64,000 nt of DNA. It comes from Spirochaetia bacterium. GTDB taxonomy: Bacteria > Spirochaetota > Spirochaetia > UBA9216. Location: positions 4,960,001 to 5,024,000 of the forward strand of contig OY776510.1 in the NCBI GenBank assembly GCA_963675665.1, read 5' to 3'. Under the pieces are notes generated by a model. It saw nothing but the letters and a program-made list of their open reading frames with translations. It was not told the origin of the DNA and did no database searches. Below are positions 49,594 through 60,639 of this stretch, one piece after another (the first letter of the stretch is position 1; each line of letters opens with the position of its first letter). The position numbers and the translations under genes were made by a program.

Positions 49594-51276
49594 TTACCGG
49601 GTCAGACGCCTGTATTTGATTCTGTGAGGCTGTTCAGCACTGATACCGAGGCGCTTTTTACGGTTTTCATCATATTCGGTGTAATTCCCTTCAAAGAAAA
49701 ACACCTGGCTGTCGCCTTCAAACGCAATAATATGCGTTGCTATCCTGTCGAGAAACCACCGGTCATGACTTATTACAACAGCACAGCCGGCATAACCTGT
49801 AATAGCCTCTTCGAGCGCACGTATCGTATTAACATCAAGATCATTTGTAGGTTCGTCGAGCAGCAGAACGTTCGACCCCTCTTTGAGCATAAGCGCAAGC
49901 TGAACACGGTTGCGCTCGCCGCCGGAAAGCACACCGATTTTCTTCTGCTGGTCCGCCCCGGTAAAATTAAACTGTGCGCAATAAGCCCTTGAATTAACTT
50001 CCCGGCTGCCGACCTTTAACGTATCCTGGCCGTCCGAAATCTGCTGCCAGATGGATTTATCCGGATCAAGTACTTCGCGCATCTGATCAACATGGGCAAG
50101 TTTAACGGTCTGTCCAATCCTGAGTTCTCCCTCATCCGGTTTTTCCGCTCCTGTAATCATCCTGAACAGGGTTGTCTTTCCGGCGCCGTTAGGGCCTATT
50201 ATCCCGATAATCGCTCCGGGAGGCATACTGAAACTCATATTTTCAACCAGAATACGGTCTTCAAATGATTTTTTGATACCTTCAGCCTCTATAACCAAAT
50301 CGCCGAGACGCGGTCCGGGCGGGATATAAATCTGAAGCTTTGATACCCGTTCGGAGGTTTCCTGATTAAGCAGCTGTTCATAAGAATTTATCCTGGCTTT
50401 AGCTTTTGCGTGCCTGCCCTTCGGGCTCATGTGAATCCAGTCAAGCTCCCGCTGAAGGGTACGCTGCCTGTCGCTTTCCTGCTTTTCTTCCTGCGCCAGC
50501 CGCTGCTGTTTCTGCTCAAGCCAGGAAGAATAATTTCCCTTCCAGGGTATACCCTGCCCCCTGTCAAGTTCCAGAATCCAGCCGGCCACATTATCAAGGA
50601 AATAGCGGTCGTGGGTTACTGCGATAACGGTCCCCTCATATTTCTGCAGATGCTGCTCTAACCAGCCTACTGTTTCGGCATCAAGATGGTTGGTCGGTTC
50701 ATCAAGCAGCAGAATATCCGGTTTTTGAAGGAGCAGCCGGCACAATGCCACACGTCTTTTCTCCCCCCCGGACAACACGCCAATCTTCATCTCTTCCGGC
50801 GGACAGCGCAGGGCATCCATTGCCATTTCAAGCCTGGAATCAATTTCCCACGCACCAAGCTGATCCAGCTTTTCCTGAACAGCTCCCTGCCGGTCAAGAA
50901 GCTTTGTCATCTCGTCATCATCCATGGGCTCTGCGAATTTCTCGTTTATCTGATCATATTCCGCCAGCAGCTCCATAGTTTCGTGAACACCTTCCTGAAC
51001 AATTTCCTTTACGGTTTTTTCAGGATCAATACGGGGTTCCTGTTCCAGAAACCCGATGGTAAAACCTTCGGACAATATTGTTTCACCGTTAAAATCCCGG
51101 TCCACACCGGCAAGAATTTTCAGCAGGGTCGATTTTCCCGAACCGTTCAGACCCAGAACTCCAATCTTTGCCCCGTAAAAATACGACAGATAGATATCTT
51201 TAAGAATCACCTTCTGATTTATTGTTTTGCTTACTCCGACCATGGAATATATTATTTTTTCAGCTTCATTTGCCAT
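49594..51276 (-). CDS. ettA: Energy-dependent translational throttle protein (ABC-F)
   Basis: [39 protein letters not shown] linker, C-terminal PHRIKYRRL. Confidence 0.96.
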   Translation of the reverse strand: MANEAEKIIYSMVGVSKTINQKVILKDIYLSYFYGAKIGVLGLNGSGKSTLLKILAGVDRDFNGETILSEGFTIGFLEQEPRIDPEKTVKEIVQEGVHETMELLAEYDQINEKFAEPMDDDEMTKLLDRQGAVQEKLDQLGAWEIDSRLEMAMDALRCPPEEMKIGVLSGGEKRRVALCRLLLQKPDILLLDEPTNHLDAETVGWLEQHLQKYEGTVIAVTHDRYFLDNVAGWILELDRGQGIPWKGNYSSWLEQKQQRLAQEEKQESDRQRTLQRELDWIHMSPKGRHAKAKARINSYEQLLNQETSERVSKLQIYIPPGPRLGDLVIEAEGIKKSFEDRILVENMSFSMPPGAIIGIIGPNGAGKTTLFRMITGAEKPDEGELRIGQTVKLAHVDQMREVLDPDKSIWQQISDGQDTLKVGSREVNSRAYCAQFNFTGADQQKKIGVLSGGERNRVQLALMLKEGSNVLLLDEPTNDLDVNTIRALEEAITGYAGCAVVISHDRWFLDRIATHIIAFEGDSQVFFFEGNYTEYDENRKKRLGISAEQPHRIKYRRLTR

Positions 51277-51305
51277 TTAAAATCTCCCTTTCTATTATAC
51301 GATAT

Positions 51306-52685
51306 TCAGCTGCTTTCAGGAACTGATTTAACCTGAGAACCCAGCAGTTTTCCAAGATGTTTCATTTCAATCAATGCCATGGGAACGGTGACCAGCAGCG
51401 TTAAGACATCGGCTGTAACCTGCGAAAAAAGAATCCCGTTTAACCCGAAAAGGCGCGGCAGAATAAGCACAACGGGAATGAAAAACAGTCCCTGCCTTGC
51501 AACCGCAAGAACACCCGCCTGTATTCCTTTTCCAAGCGCCTGGAAAAGCGCCGCGTAGACGTTCATTATTCCTACGAGAAGAAGTGCCGAAGACATATAC
51601 CGGATAGCCTTTACCCCTATATCTATAACTTCGTAATCCCGGGTAAACATCGATACTATCTGCTGCGTAAAAGCCCAGAAAAGTATCGTCATCACAGCAG
51701 TAAAGACTACGCTCCATATTATGGCCTTGTTTGTAGAAAGGATTACACGGTCATACCGGCGCGCGCCGTAATTATACCCGGCAAGGGGCTGAAGGCCCTG
51801 CCCTATTCCGAAAATTACCATCATTACAAGCGAGAGGACCCGCAGTGAAATCCCGATAGCCGCAACTGCAGCATCGCCGTATATACCGGCTGCATTATTC
51901 AGCATTCCCATTGATATACTGACCAGAACCTGCCGGGCGAATGTCGGCAGCCCGATAATCATAATGTCGCGGTAAGTGCCCGGGGCCGGGTGAAAGTCGG
52001 AAATTTTAATTCTGAGCACGCCTTTTTTCATAAGAAAGAACCGAAGCAGATAGACTGTGCTTATCAGCTGCGCGGTAATGGTGGCCACTGCCGCACCGGC
52101 AAGCCCCATTTTAAAAACAAACATAAAAACCGGATCGAGAATTATATTCAGAATACCGCCCATCATCAGCGCTCTTCCGCTGTAAGCTGAGGCGCCTTCA
52201 GATCTCAGCATATTGTTCATGCACATGTTGAGAACCTGGAAAACCGAACCGCCGATTATAATCCTGCCGTAAATAACAGCCCTGGAAAGAATTGTATCAG
52301 TTGCTCCGAAAACCCGTAAAACAGGTTCGATAAAAATATTGCCGCATACTGCAAAAGCAATTCCCGCAATCATGCATGTGTAGAATGCAGTTGATGCGGA
52401 ACGTTTTGCATCCCCGGGTTTATTTTCTCCGAGTTTTCTTGAAATGACCGATGCGGCGCCGATTCCGAAAGTCAGGCCGATGGCGCCCACAAGCATGAAT
52501 ATCGGGAAAAGTACGGCTGACGCGCCGATGGAAGCTGTATCATGTAAAAGCCCTATAAAGGCGGTATCGACTACATTATAAATCGCGTTCACAAGCATTG
52601 CTATAACTGCCGGAACAACAAGGATCCGCAGGGTTTTACCGATGTTACCGCGTCGCAGCATTTCAGTTCTGTCGTTTGTGTCCAT
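51306..52685 (-). CDS. MATE family efflux transporter
   Basis: YNVVDT.FI, NIILDP.F, GYNYGA. Confidence 0.93.
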   Translation of the reverse strand: MDTNDRTEMLRRGNIGKTLRILVVPAVIAMLVNAIYNVVDTAFIGLLHDTASIGASAVLFPIFMLVGAIGLTFGIGAASVISRKLGENKPGDAKRSASTAFYTCMIAGIAFAVCGNIFIEPVLRVFGATDTILSRAVIYGRIIIGGSVFQVLNMCMNNMLRSEGASAYSGRALMMGGILNIILDPVFMFVFKMGLAGAAVATITAQLISTVYLLRFFLMKKGVLRIKISDFHPAPGTYRDIMIIGLPTFARQVLVSISMGMLNNAAGIYGDAAVAAIGISLRVLSLVMMVIFGIGQGLQPLAGYNYGARRYDRVILSTNKAIIWSVVFTAVMTILFWAFTQQIVSMFTRDYEVIDIGVKAIRYMSSALLLVGIMNVYAALFQALGKGIQAGVLAVARQGLFFIPVVLILPRLFGLNGILFSQVTADVLTLLVTVPMALIEMKHLGKLLGSQVKSVPESS

Positions 52686-52756
52686 TACATCAAACTAACG
52701 GCTATTTCAGATATTTACAAGCTATCCGGCATAGAGTTTTCATGGTATATTCAGTT

Positions 52757-53254
52757 ATGAAGATTACAAACGAAACAACAGTAACAATAAATTATAAGGT
52801 CAGCGAAAAGAACGGTACTGTGCTTGAGCAGACAGAACAGGATAATCCCGTCGTATACCTGCAGGGGCTTGAAATGATGCTTCCTGCAGTCGAGGAAGCT
52901 CTTGAAGGCAAGATTCCCGGCGACAAGGTGAAGCTTGAACTGAAAGCAGCCGATGCTTTCGGTGAAAGAGTTGATGATCTCGTCACTACTATCCCATCCT
53001 CCGACTTTGAGGAACCGGAAAGCCTCAATACAGGTGAAGACATAATTGTCGGTAACGGTGAGGAAGAAGTAATAATGACAGTGATTGATATTTCCGACAA
53101 AAACATAACCCTTGACGGCAATCATCCTTTTGCCGGAAAAGATATCGTATTTGAGATTGAGGTTATTGATGTACATAAAACCACCGATGAGGATTTGAAA
53201 GCCTTTGAACATCATCATGAGCATGGAGAGGAGTGCGACCATGAACACCATTGA
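52757..53254 (+). CDS. slyD: FKBP-type PPIase SlyD with His-rich tail
   Basis: DGNHPFAGK; tail HHHEHGEECDHEHH. Confidence 0.92.
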   Translation: MKITNETTVTINYKVSEKNGTVLEQTEQDNPVVYLQGLEMMLPAVEEALEGKIPGDKVKLELKAADAFGERVDDLVTTIPSSDFEEPESLNTGEDIIVGNGEEEVIMTVIDISDKNITLDGNHPFAGKDIVFEIEVIDVHKTTDEDLKAFEHHHEHGEECDHEHH

Positions 53255-53588
53255 GAAATTCCTCCAACTTCCTGACGACCCGGCCGAAGAAATTATCAAT
53301 AATACGGCCCATGAACTTGAAATGCTTAATTTTTCTCCCATTCTTCTCATACCTGCACCCCGTTTTCTGTATCTTACAAAGAATGAGTTGATTTCCGAAG
53401 TTGAACGTATCACAGATTTGGCAGATGACGCCCTGCCGGAATACGATAAAAGCAGCATAAACAGCCCTGCTGAATTCAGACAAAAACATATTGAAATGCT
53501 TTATTTCAATTATGAACTGCTGACCAGGCTGCGTGCTGAAAACCCTGAAGCATGGGATTACGTTCATGAACTGTATGAAGACGATTAA
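53241..53588 (+). CDS. Hypothetical protein
   Basis: GGAG RBS, overlaps the end of slyD, ends AWD.V.ELYEDD. Confidence 0.65.
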   Translation: MNTIEKFLQLPDDPAEEIINNTAHELEMLNFSPILLIPAPRFLYLTKNELISEVERITDLADDALPEYDKSSINSPAEFRQKHIEMLYFNYELLTRLRAENPEAWDYVHELYEDD

Positions 53589-53633
53589 TTACTTTTCTTG
53601 ACAAAAAGCAGGTTCTGAAACATTATTAGCAGA

Positions 53634-54083
53634 ATGAAAGAGAAAGCGGAAAAACTGATCAGACTTTTTTCGGAATTACTGGAGAACAGCAACCGTGATG
53701 AGAAAACAGCCTGCGCAGATACTCCGCTTTGTACACTGAGTACTAATGATCTGAAGGTACTTCTTTCCCTGTGCGACAGGGAACATCCCAGTATCAAGGA
53801 AATATCCGAAGAGCTGCAGCTCCCGATGAGTACCCTTACCGGCATTTTTAACAAGCTTGTCGACAGAAAATTTGTTAAACGCTACCGATGCGTAACCGAC
53901 AGAAGGGTTGTCCGCGTTCACCTGACAAAAAAAGGCTGCGACGCCGCTGCCATTAAAAGAGAAAACTCGGAACGGTTCGCTTCCGCTGTGCTGAACATAC
54001 TTGCAGAAAATGAACAAAATCAGCTTCTTTTTCTGCTTGAAAAGATAATATCCGGTCTGCCGGGTGATTGTCCCCCGGCCTAA
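53634..54083 (+). CDS. MarR family transcriptional regulator (six Cys)
   Basis: wHTH PMSTLTGIFNKL..R...DRR...L. Confidence 0.9.
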   Translation: MKEKAEKLIRLFSELLENSNRDEKTACADTPLCTLSTNDLKVLLSLCDREHPSIKEISEELQLPMSTLTGIFNKLVDRKFVKRYRCVTDRRVVRVHLTKKGCDAAAIKRENSERFASAVLNILAENEQNQLLFLLEKIISGLPGDCPPA

Positions 54084-54088
54084 ATCGC

Positions 54089-54131
54089 TTGCCGATACAG
54101 TTTTTCAGCATTATATTACGAGTATCGAAAT
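54089..54131 (+). promoter_or_regulatory. lon promoter with overlapping inverted repeat (candidate MarR operator)
   Basis: TTGCCG-N17-TATATT; ATTACGA-GTA-TCGAAAT (6/7 IR) at 54115-54131. Confidence 0.55.
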
Positions 54132-54152
54132 ATTCGAACAAGGAAGTAATAT

Positions 54153-56543
54153 ATGCCGAATGAAATTAATATTGCAAAAACCCCGTTGCTTCCCCTTGAA
54201 AATACAATTCTTCTTCACGAAGGCAAGGCGGAAATAAAGATAAACCAGCCGATGGCCGGCATGATAAAAAACTGGGCCGATATGGGTCATTCCGAAATAC
54301 TTGCATCCGGTCTGAAGAATGAAAAATACAGCCGTGAAATAACCGAAGAGGATATTTACCATACCGGCGTTCTGATAAAAATAATTTCAACACATTCGGA
54401 CGGAGACGGAATACTGCTCAAAGCCGATGTTGCCGAACGCGTTGAAATCAAAAACATCTTTATTGAAAACGGTGAACTTCACGCGGAATACACGCCGGCT
54501 CCCGATATCACTGATATAACAGTTCAGGAACAGGAAGATCTTCTCAACTACCTGAAAAGCCTCATCCGTGAAATAGCCGGCCAGTTTAAAGGGGCGCGTT
54601 CAATTATCTCCCTGATAGAAAGGCAATCCACAATCACACAGCTGATAGGGTTTTCAGCGCCGTATATGAATATCAGCAGGCAGGATAAACAGGAACTGCT
54701 TGAAACACGTTCGGTTCACCAGCGGGGGATCCGTTTTCTGGACTTCCTGCTGAAGCAGAAAGAATCGCTTAAACTTCAGATTGAGATGGCTAACAAATTC
54801 GCTGAAAGCACGAATAAACAGTACCGGAAACAAATGCTGCGGCAACAGCTTAAAGAAATCCAGAAAGAGCTTGAGGCTGAAGAACCGGGCTCAACCCGCA
54901 AGGAGAAAAAAGATTACAGGCAACTGATTGATGAAGCCGATCTTCCCGATTATGCCCGGGAGGCAGCGCTGGAGGAAGTAGACAAACTTGAAGCACAGGG
55001 CGCAAACGGTCACGAAGAGGGAATGATTAAAACATACCTGGACCTGATACTTGCTCTTCCATGGAATGAAAAAAGCAGCGGCGATATTGATCTGCAGCGG
55101 GCGAGAGAGGTTCTCGACAGAGACCATTACGGCCTGAAAGAAGTGAAGAACAGGATAGTTCAGCATCTTGCCGTTATGAAGCTGACCGAAAAAAAGCGCG
55201 GAACCATTCTGCTCTTCGAAGGACCTCCGGGAACAGGAAAAACCAGCCTCGGCAAAAGCATTGCCGAAGCGCTCGGCAGGAAATACGTCAGGGTAAGTCT
55301 CGGGGGAATCAGGGATGAAGCTGAAATACGCGGCCACCGGAGAACTTATATAGGAGCCCTTCCGGGACGGATAATCAGCGAGATGAAAAAAGCCGGACAG
55401 AAGGACCCGGTATTCGTCCTCGATGAAGTGGACAAGCTTATGACGGCTTATAACGGGGACCCAGCAAGCGCATTGCTTGAGGTTCTCGATCCCGAACAAA
55501 ACGACAGCTTTTCCGACCGGTATCTCGACATACCCTTTGACCTCTCCGAAGTGTTTTTCATCGCAACTGCAAATACCGTAAGTTCAATTCCCGGACCACT
55601 TCTGGACAGAATGGAAGTGATCAATATAACGAGCTATACAAACAGCGAAAAGTTTCATATCGGTAAAGATCATCTTGTTCCCGCAGTACTGAATGAACAC
55701 GGGCTTGATACGCAGAAACTGCAGATCACCGACGATTCGCTCAGACTGGTTATAGAGAAATATACCCGTGAGGCAGGAGTCCGCGGACTGAAAAAACAGA
55801 TAGCGAAAATTGCACGTGTTTCCTCGGAAAAAATAGTCGGAGGCGAAGCTGAACTTCCGATTGTTATCCGGCAGGACGACATGGAAGACATTCTCGGACA
55901 CGAAAGAGTCCGTCTTGAAGACGCTCTTAAAGAGAACTTTCCGGGTGTGGTAACAGGACTTGCATGGACACCGGTAGGAGGAGATATTCTTTTTATCGAA
56001 AGCACTTTTATGGCGGGAAAAGGCGAACTTGTCCTGACCGGCCAGCTCGGTGACGTAATGAAGGAATCGGCTCGAATTTCGTTAAGTCTGATTCGGTCGC
56101 GGCTTGCAAACCAGATAACCCATTTTGATTTTGCCGGCAACGACATTCATATCCATGTTCCTGCAGGAAGCACCCCTAAAGACGGTCCGTCGGCCGGCAT
56201 CACGCTTTTCACCTCGCTTGCTTCACTTCTTACGGGCAGAACGGTTGATACAAAAACTGCAATGACCGGAGAAATAACGCTTAGGGGAACCGTACTGCCT
56301 GTCGGAGGAATCAAGGAAAAAGTCCTTGCCGCCCATCGCGCCGGTATTAAAAGGATTATAATGTCGGCAGAGAATGAAAGCGACATCAGGGATATTCCGG
56401 ACGATGTGGCATCCGAGACAGAATTTATGTTTGTTGAACGTATCGAGGATGTTATAAAACTTGCGCTTGATATTGAGCTCCCCGGAGCCGTCGTTGTAAA
56501 TATGGATTACCCATCGGGCAACCTTAGATCATCATCCGATTAA
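54153..56543 (+). CDS. lon: ATP-dependent Lon protease
   Basis: GPPGTGKT, RGHRRTYIGALPG, LDEVDK, PKDGPSAG catalytic Ser, GGIKEK. Confidence 0.97.
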   Translation: MPNEINIAKTPLLPLENTILLHEGKAEIKINQPMAGMIKNWADMGHSEILASGLKNEKYSREITEEDIYHTGVLIKIISTHSDGDGILLKADVAERVEIKNIFIENGELHAEYTPAPDITDITVQEQEDLLNYLKSLIREIAGQFKGARSIISLIERQSTITQLIGFSAPYMNISRQDKQELLETRSVHQRGIRFLDFLLKQKESLKLQIEMANKFAESTNKQYRKQMLRQQLKEIQKELEAEEPGSTRKEKKDYRQLIDEADLPDYAREAALEEVDKLEAQGANGHEEGMIKTYLDLILALPWNEKSSGDIDLQRAREVLDRDHYGLKEVKNRIVQHLAVMKLTEKKRGTILLFEGPPGTGKTSLGKSIAEALGRKYVRVSLGGIRDEAEIRGHRRTYIGALPGRIISEMKKAGQKDPVFVLDEVDKLMTAYNGDPASALLEVLDPEQNDSFSDRYLDIPFDLSEVFFIATANTVSSIPGPLLDRMEVINITSYTNSEKFHIGKDHLVPAVLNEHGLDTQKLQITDDSLRLVIEKYTREAGVRGLKKQIAKIARVSSEKIVGGEAELPIVIRQDDMEDILGHERVRLEDALKENFPGVVTGLAWTPVGGDILFIESTFMAGKGELVLTGQLGDVMKESARISLSLIRSRLANQITHFDFAGNDIHIHVPAGSTPKDGPSAGITLFTSLASLLTGRTVDTKTAMTGEITLRGTVLPVGGIKEKVLAAHRAGIKRIIMSAENESDIRDIPDDVASETEFMFVERIEDVIKLALDIELPGAVVVNMDYPSGNLRSSSD

Positions 56544-56591
56544 TTGTACAGACCTTTCCGCTGTGATATTATATTCTGCAGAGAGGTCACA

Positions 56592-59039
56592 ATGAACATT
56601 GAGAAACTCACGCTTAAAGAAAAAGCAAGCCTGCTTTCAGGAAGGGGCAACTGGTTCTTCAGGGGGCTGCCTGAACACGGACTTCAGGAAATAATAGTTG
56701 CCGACGGTCCGCACGGGCTGAGAAAGAAGGTTGAACCGGGCGCCCAGTCCGAATATAAAGACAGCATTCCGGCTACATGTTTTCCGACGGCCTGCGCCAT
56801 TGCCTCCTCCTGGGACCGCGCATTAATCGGGACAGTCGGGGACGCAATTGCAAAAGAAGCCTCAGCCGGACAGGTCTCGATAGTTCTTGGGCCAGGCGCA
56901 AACATAAAGAGGAGTCCTCTCTGCGGCCGTAATTTTGAATATTTCTCCGAGGATCCTTTTCTGTCCGGCGAGCTCGCCGCTGCGATGATTAAATCGATCC
57001 AGACGCATAAAATAGGCTGTTCCCTGAAGCATTTTGCGGTAAACAACCAGGAAAAACTCAGGATGACAATAGATGCCGTGGTGGATGAAAGAACACTGCA
57101 TGAGATATATCTCGCCGGTTTTGAAAACGCGGTAAAACAGTCGAAACCATGGACGGTGATGTGCGCCTACAACAGGGTAAACGGCAAATATGCAAGCGAA
57201 AACCATTACCTTCTTACCAGGAAACTGCGGGACGAATGGGGATTCGACGGTATTGTTATTTCCGACTGGGGGGCATGCAACAACAGAGTCGAAGGACTTA
57301 AGGCCGGACTTGAAATAGAAATGCCCTATTCCGGCAAACACAACCCTGAATCGGTTGTTCAGGCCGTAGAATCAGGACAGCTGCCTGAAGCAATTCTTGA
57401 TACTGCAGTCGAGAGGATTTATGATGTCATGTCACGGACAGCACCTGACCCTTCTGTTCAAATCGATATGGAAGAGCATCACCTTATCGCCCGCGAAGCC
57501 GCCGCCGATTCCATTGTGCTTCTCAAAAACGAATCCGGCGTTCTGCCGCTAAAACCGGGCGACAGGATTGCCGTCATCGGCGAATTCGCCGTTAATCCCA
57601 GATACCAGGGCGCCGGCAGTTCGCGCATAAATCCGACCTCGATAGATAATTTTCTTGAACAGATCAGAGCAGATTTCCCCGGCGCGCCCTTCGCTGCAGG
57701 ATTTAGCCTTGACAGGAACAATAAAAATGAAAAGCATCTTGCTGCCGAGGCAGCTACACTGGCAGATGCGGCCGACAAGATAATCATTCTTGCCGGACTT
57801 CCGGACGATTATGAATCGGAAGGTTTCGACCGCGCCGATATGAAACTGCCGGCGGAACAGGACCGTCTTATTCAGATGCTCTGCGATACAGGGAAACCGG
57901 TAATCGTCTGCCTCAGCAACGGGTCGCCGGTTGAGATGCCCTGGAATAACGATGCGTCAGCCGTAGTAGAATGCTATCTCGGCGGCCAGGCCGGGGCCGG
58001 GGCTCTTGCCGATATTGTTACAGGCAGGGTAAACCCTTCCGGCAAACTGGCTGAAAGCTTTCCCGTCAAACTCGAGGACAACCCTTCATTTAAATGGTTC
58101 CCGGGCGGACCGCTCCGGGTTGAATACCGTGAGGGCATCTACGTCGGCTACAGATATTATGACACCGCCGGTGTTCCGGTGCTGTATCCTTTCGGGCACG
58201 GACTTTCCTATACCGGTTTTGAATACAGCGGCATCAAGCTCACCCGCAACGGCTGGGAAATTGAAGTAAGCCTGAATGTAAAAAACACCGGCAGCCGAAG
58301 AGGAAAAGAGGTAGTTCAGCTGTATATTACCCCTCCTGAAGATGACGGGAAGAATAAGGGCAGCCTGCATCGTCCGGTAAAGGAACTCAAGGGCTTCGTT
58401 AAAACAGAAATTGCCGCAGGTGAAGAAGCTGCAGTATCAATCAAACTCGGGTTCCGTTCATTTGCCTGTTATGACCCGCAGCAGAAACTGTGGGTTGCCG
58501 AACCCGGAATATACACAATTCATGCCGGAGCATCATCCGCCGATATCAGGCAATCCGCTGAAATTCGTATTGAGAGCGGCAAAAAAAATAATACACCTCT
58601 ATTATCTTCCGAAAAAGCAGCAGACGAAAGCGACTATATAAAATTACGTACAAATTCCGAAATTATTCATGTAATCTCCGATAAAAGCTTTGAGGGGGAA
58701 CTGGGAAGAAAGCCACCGGTAAACCTGCTTCCTGAAACCTACGGCAGAACGACAACCCTGTCTGACTTTCAACAGACCTTTACAGGTAAAATACTTATGA
58801 GAATAGCAATGCGGGCCGCCCGTGAACAAAGCAAAGGGATAGAGAATTCAGCAGGAATGTTCGAGGCAATGGCAAAGGAAATGCCGCTCAGGGCCATGCC
58901 GCAGTTTAATCCTGAAATGGTTAATATCGAGATGGTCGACGCGCTACTGCTTACCGGAAACGGTCATTTTTTGCAGGGGCTTTTTGCCCTCCTCCGCGCG
59001 GTAAAGAAACTGAAAACTGATTTAAAGGAAGAACTCTGA
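56592..59039 (+). CDS. GH3 beta-glucosidase
   Basis: DGPHG, GRNFEYFSEDP, KHF, SDW nucleophile, YPFGHGLSY. Confidence 0.95.
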   Translation: MNIEKLTLKEKASLLSGRGNWFFRGLPEHGLQEIIVADGPHGLRKKVEPGAQSEYKDSIPATCFPTACAIASSWDRALIGTVGDAIAKEASAGQVSIVLGPGANIKRSPLCGRNFEYFSEDPFLSGELAAAMIKSIQTHKIGCSLKHFAVNNQEKLRMTIDAVVDERTLHEIYLAGFENAVKQSKPWTVMCAYNRVNGKYASENHYLLTRKLRDEWGFDGIVISDWGACNNRVEGLKAGLEIEMPYSGKHNPESVVQAVESGQLPEAILDTAVERIYDVMSRTAPDPSVQIDMEEHHLIAREAAADSIVLLKNESGVLPLKPGDRIAVIGEFAVNPRYQGAGSSRINPTSIDNFLEQIRADFPGAPFAAGFSLDRNNKNEKHLAAEAATLADAADKIIILAGLPDDYESEGFDRADMKLPAEQDRLIQMLCDTGKPVIVCLSNGSPVEMPWNNDASAVVECYLGGQAGAGALADIVTGRVNPSGKLAESFPVKLEDNPSFKWFPGGPLRVEYREGIYVGYRYYDTAGVPVLYPFGHGLSYTGFEYSGIKLTRNGWEIEVSLNVKNTGSRRGKEVVQLYITPPEDDGKNKGSLHRPVKELKGFVKTEIAAGEEAAVSIKLGFRSFACYDPQQKLWVAEPGIYTIHAGASSADIRQSAEIRIESGKKNNTPLLSSEKAADESDYIKLRTNSEIIHVISDKSFEGELGRKPPVNLLPETYGRTTTLSDFQQTFTGKILMRIAMRAAREQSKGIENSAGMFEAMAKEMPLRAMPQFNPEMVNIEMVDALLLTGNGHFLQGLFALLRAVKKLKTDLKEEL

Positions 59040-59040
59040 A

Positions 59041-59667
59041 ATGCGAAAATTAATTCTGCTCCTGGTACTGACAATTCTGCCGGCGGCTGTATTGACAGCT
59101 CATCCTCATATGTTTATTGACATGCAATTGACACCGGTTTATTCGGAGGACAGCTTTAAAGGCGTTAAGGTAAACTGGCTTTTCGATATGGTATTTACCG
59201 GTTCGGTCCTGATGGACAACGACATCGGATGGAAGGATAAATTTTCCGCCGACGAAATTAAAATAATCAGGGACACATCATTTATTAACTTGATAAATTA
59301 CAACTATTTCACATATTTCAATTCAGCAGGCAGAATATACAAGGCGTCAAGCTTCAGCGATTTCTCGGCTTACATGTCGGGTACCCGTATGGGTTATACT
59401 TTCTTTCTGCCTTTTGAGGGGGGAAATGCAGCTGCCCGTGAAATTCGAATCGCTGTTTACGATGAAACTTTTTTCTGTGATATAGCGTTTACAGAAGACA
59501 AACCCGTCAAGATAGAAGCTCCGGATAAAACCGACATCAACTGGCAGCTTTCAGAAAAACAGGATGCCCCTATTTTCTATGATAATACAGCACAGATGGT
59601 TTCGCGCGACGGCGCCGAATATACCGGACAGGCGTTCCCCGTAGAACTGGTTCTGACCAGAAAATAA
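59041..59667 (+). CDS. DUF1007 family exported metal-binding protein
   Basis: Signal peptide followed by AHPHMFID; YDETFF. Confidence 0.85.
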   Translation: MRKLILLLVLTILPAAVLTAHPHMFIDMQLTPVYSEDSFKGVKVNWLFDMVFTGSVLMDNDIGWKDKFSADEIKIIRDTSFINLINYNYFTYFNSAGRIYKASSFSDFSAYMSGTRMGYTFFLPFEGGNAAAREIRIAVYDETFFCDIAFTEDKPVKIEAPDKTDINWQLSEKQDAPIFYDNTAQMVSRDGAEYTGQAFPVELVLTRK

Positions 59668-60611
59668 TGTTTAGACGAATACCCGGGGTTTTGGGGTTTA
59701 TTGCTGTAATGGTTTTCTTCAGCACAGGTTCGATATCGGCACAGCAGAATCCTTTCTTATCCTCCGGTCCGGCAGAAACAGGCTCATCCGTACAGAAAGC
59801 ATCGGACATAGACAGCTCAGCTTCCGCCGGAACCGGCCCATTTTTTAATTCAGCGCTGATGAGAAAATCAAGAAGCATCCAGAAATCCATACAGGCAAAG
59901 ATCTCCGATTATATTTCCGATTACCGGGAAAACGGAAATATCAGGACGCTTATTGTTTTTCTTCAATTTTCATTTTTATACGGCCTGCTGCATGTTCTCG
60001 GCCCGGGACACAGGAAAGTGTTTTTATTTACATATTTCATTTCACGCCCGTCCCGCTGGAAAGCGGGAATGTTTGCCGGTTTCATGACGGCTGTGCTTCA
60101 TGCCGTATCAGCGGTAGTCCTGATCGGCGGACTGTTCCTGGTCACAAGCCGCGCTCTGCTCACGCGCTTTAATAATGTAACACCCGTCATTGAGACTACA
60201 AGCTACGGTGCCATAGTAGTGATCGGATTGTACCTTTTGGTTCGACAGATAATATCAGCAGCAAGCAGTCATTCAAATAGTAGAGATTCAGACAGTCTAA
60301 ACGGAAGGAATCCGGATACAGCCGTGTTCATTATCGTCTCGGGACTTGTTCCATGCCCCGGAGCCGCAATGATAATGATTTTTTCAATTGCGGTCGGAGA
60401 ACCCGTCGTAGGTATCTATGCAGTGACTGCAATGTCGCTGGGAATGGCTGCCGTACTGACTCTTGTTCCGCCGGCTGCCATTTTTCTGAAAAACAGACTG
60501 GAACCGCTGCTGATTAAATGGACCCCTGAAACAGGCGAACGCATCCATAACGGTATTTCGATAGCCGGCGCTGTAGTAATGGTACTGTTCGGGCTTCTCT
60601 TTTTAATCTGA
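59667..60611 (+). CDS. Nickel/cobalt transporter (RcnA/NicO-like)
   Basis: YGLLHVLGPGHRK, GLVPCPGA. Confidence 0.88.
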   Translation: MFRRIPGVLGFIAVMVFFSTGSISAQQNPFLSSGPAETGSSVQKASDIDSSASAGTGPFFNSALMRKSRSIQKSIQAKISDYISDYRENGNIRTLIVFLQFSFLYGLLHVLGPGHRKVFLFTYFISRPSRWKAGMFAGFMTAVLHAVSAVVLIGGLFLVTSRALLTRFNNVTPVIETTSYGAIVVIGLYLLVRQIISAASSHSNSRDSDSLNGRNPDTAVFIIVSGLVPCPGAAMIMIFSIAVGEPVVGIYAVTAMSLGMAAVLTLVPPAAIFLKNRLEPLLIKWTPETGERIHNGISIAGAVVMVLFGLLFLI

Positions 60612-60639
60612 AACCGAAAATATAAGAATATGGTTTGTT

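Noticed and set aside
50686-51336. Long antisense ORFs (also 6508-7191, 17027-17596, 52751-53458, 54891-55499, 62080-62874)
   Set aside because: They are shadows of well-supported genes on the opposite strand, with no motifs or RBS.
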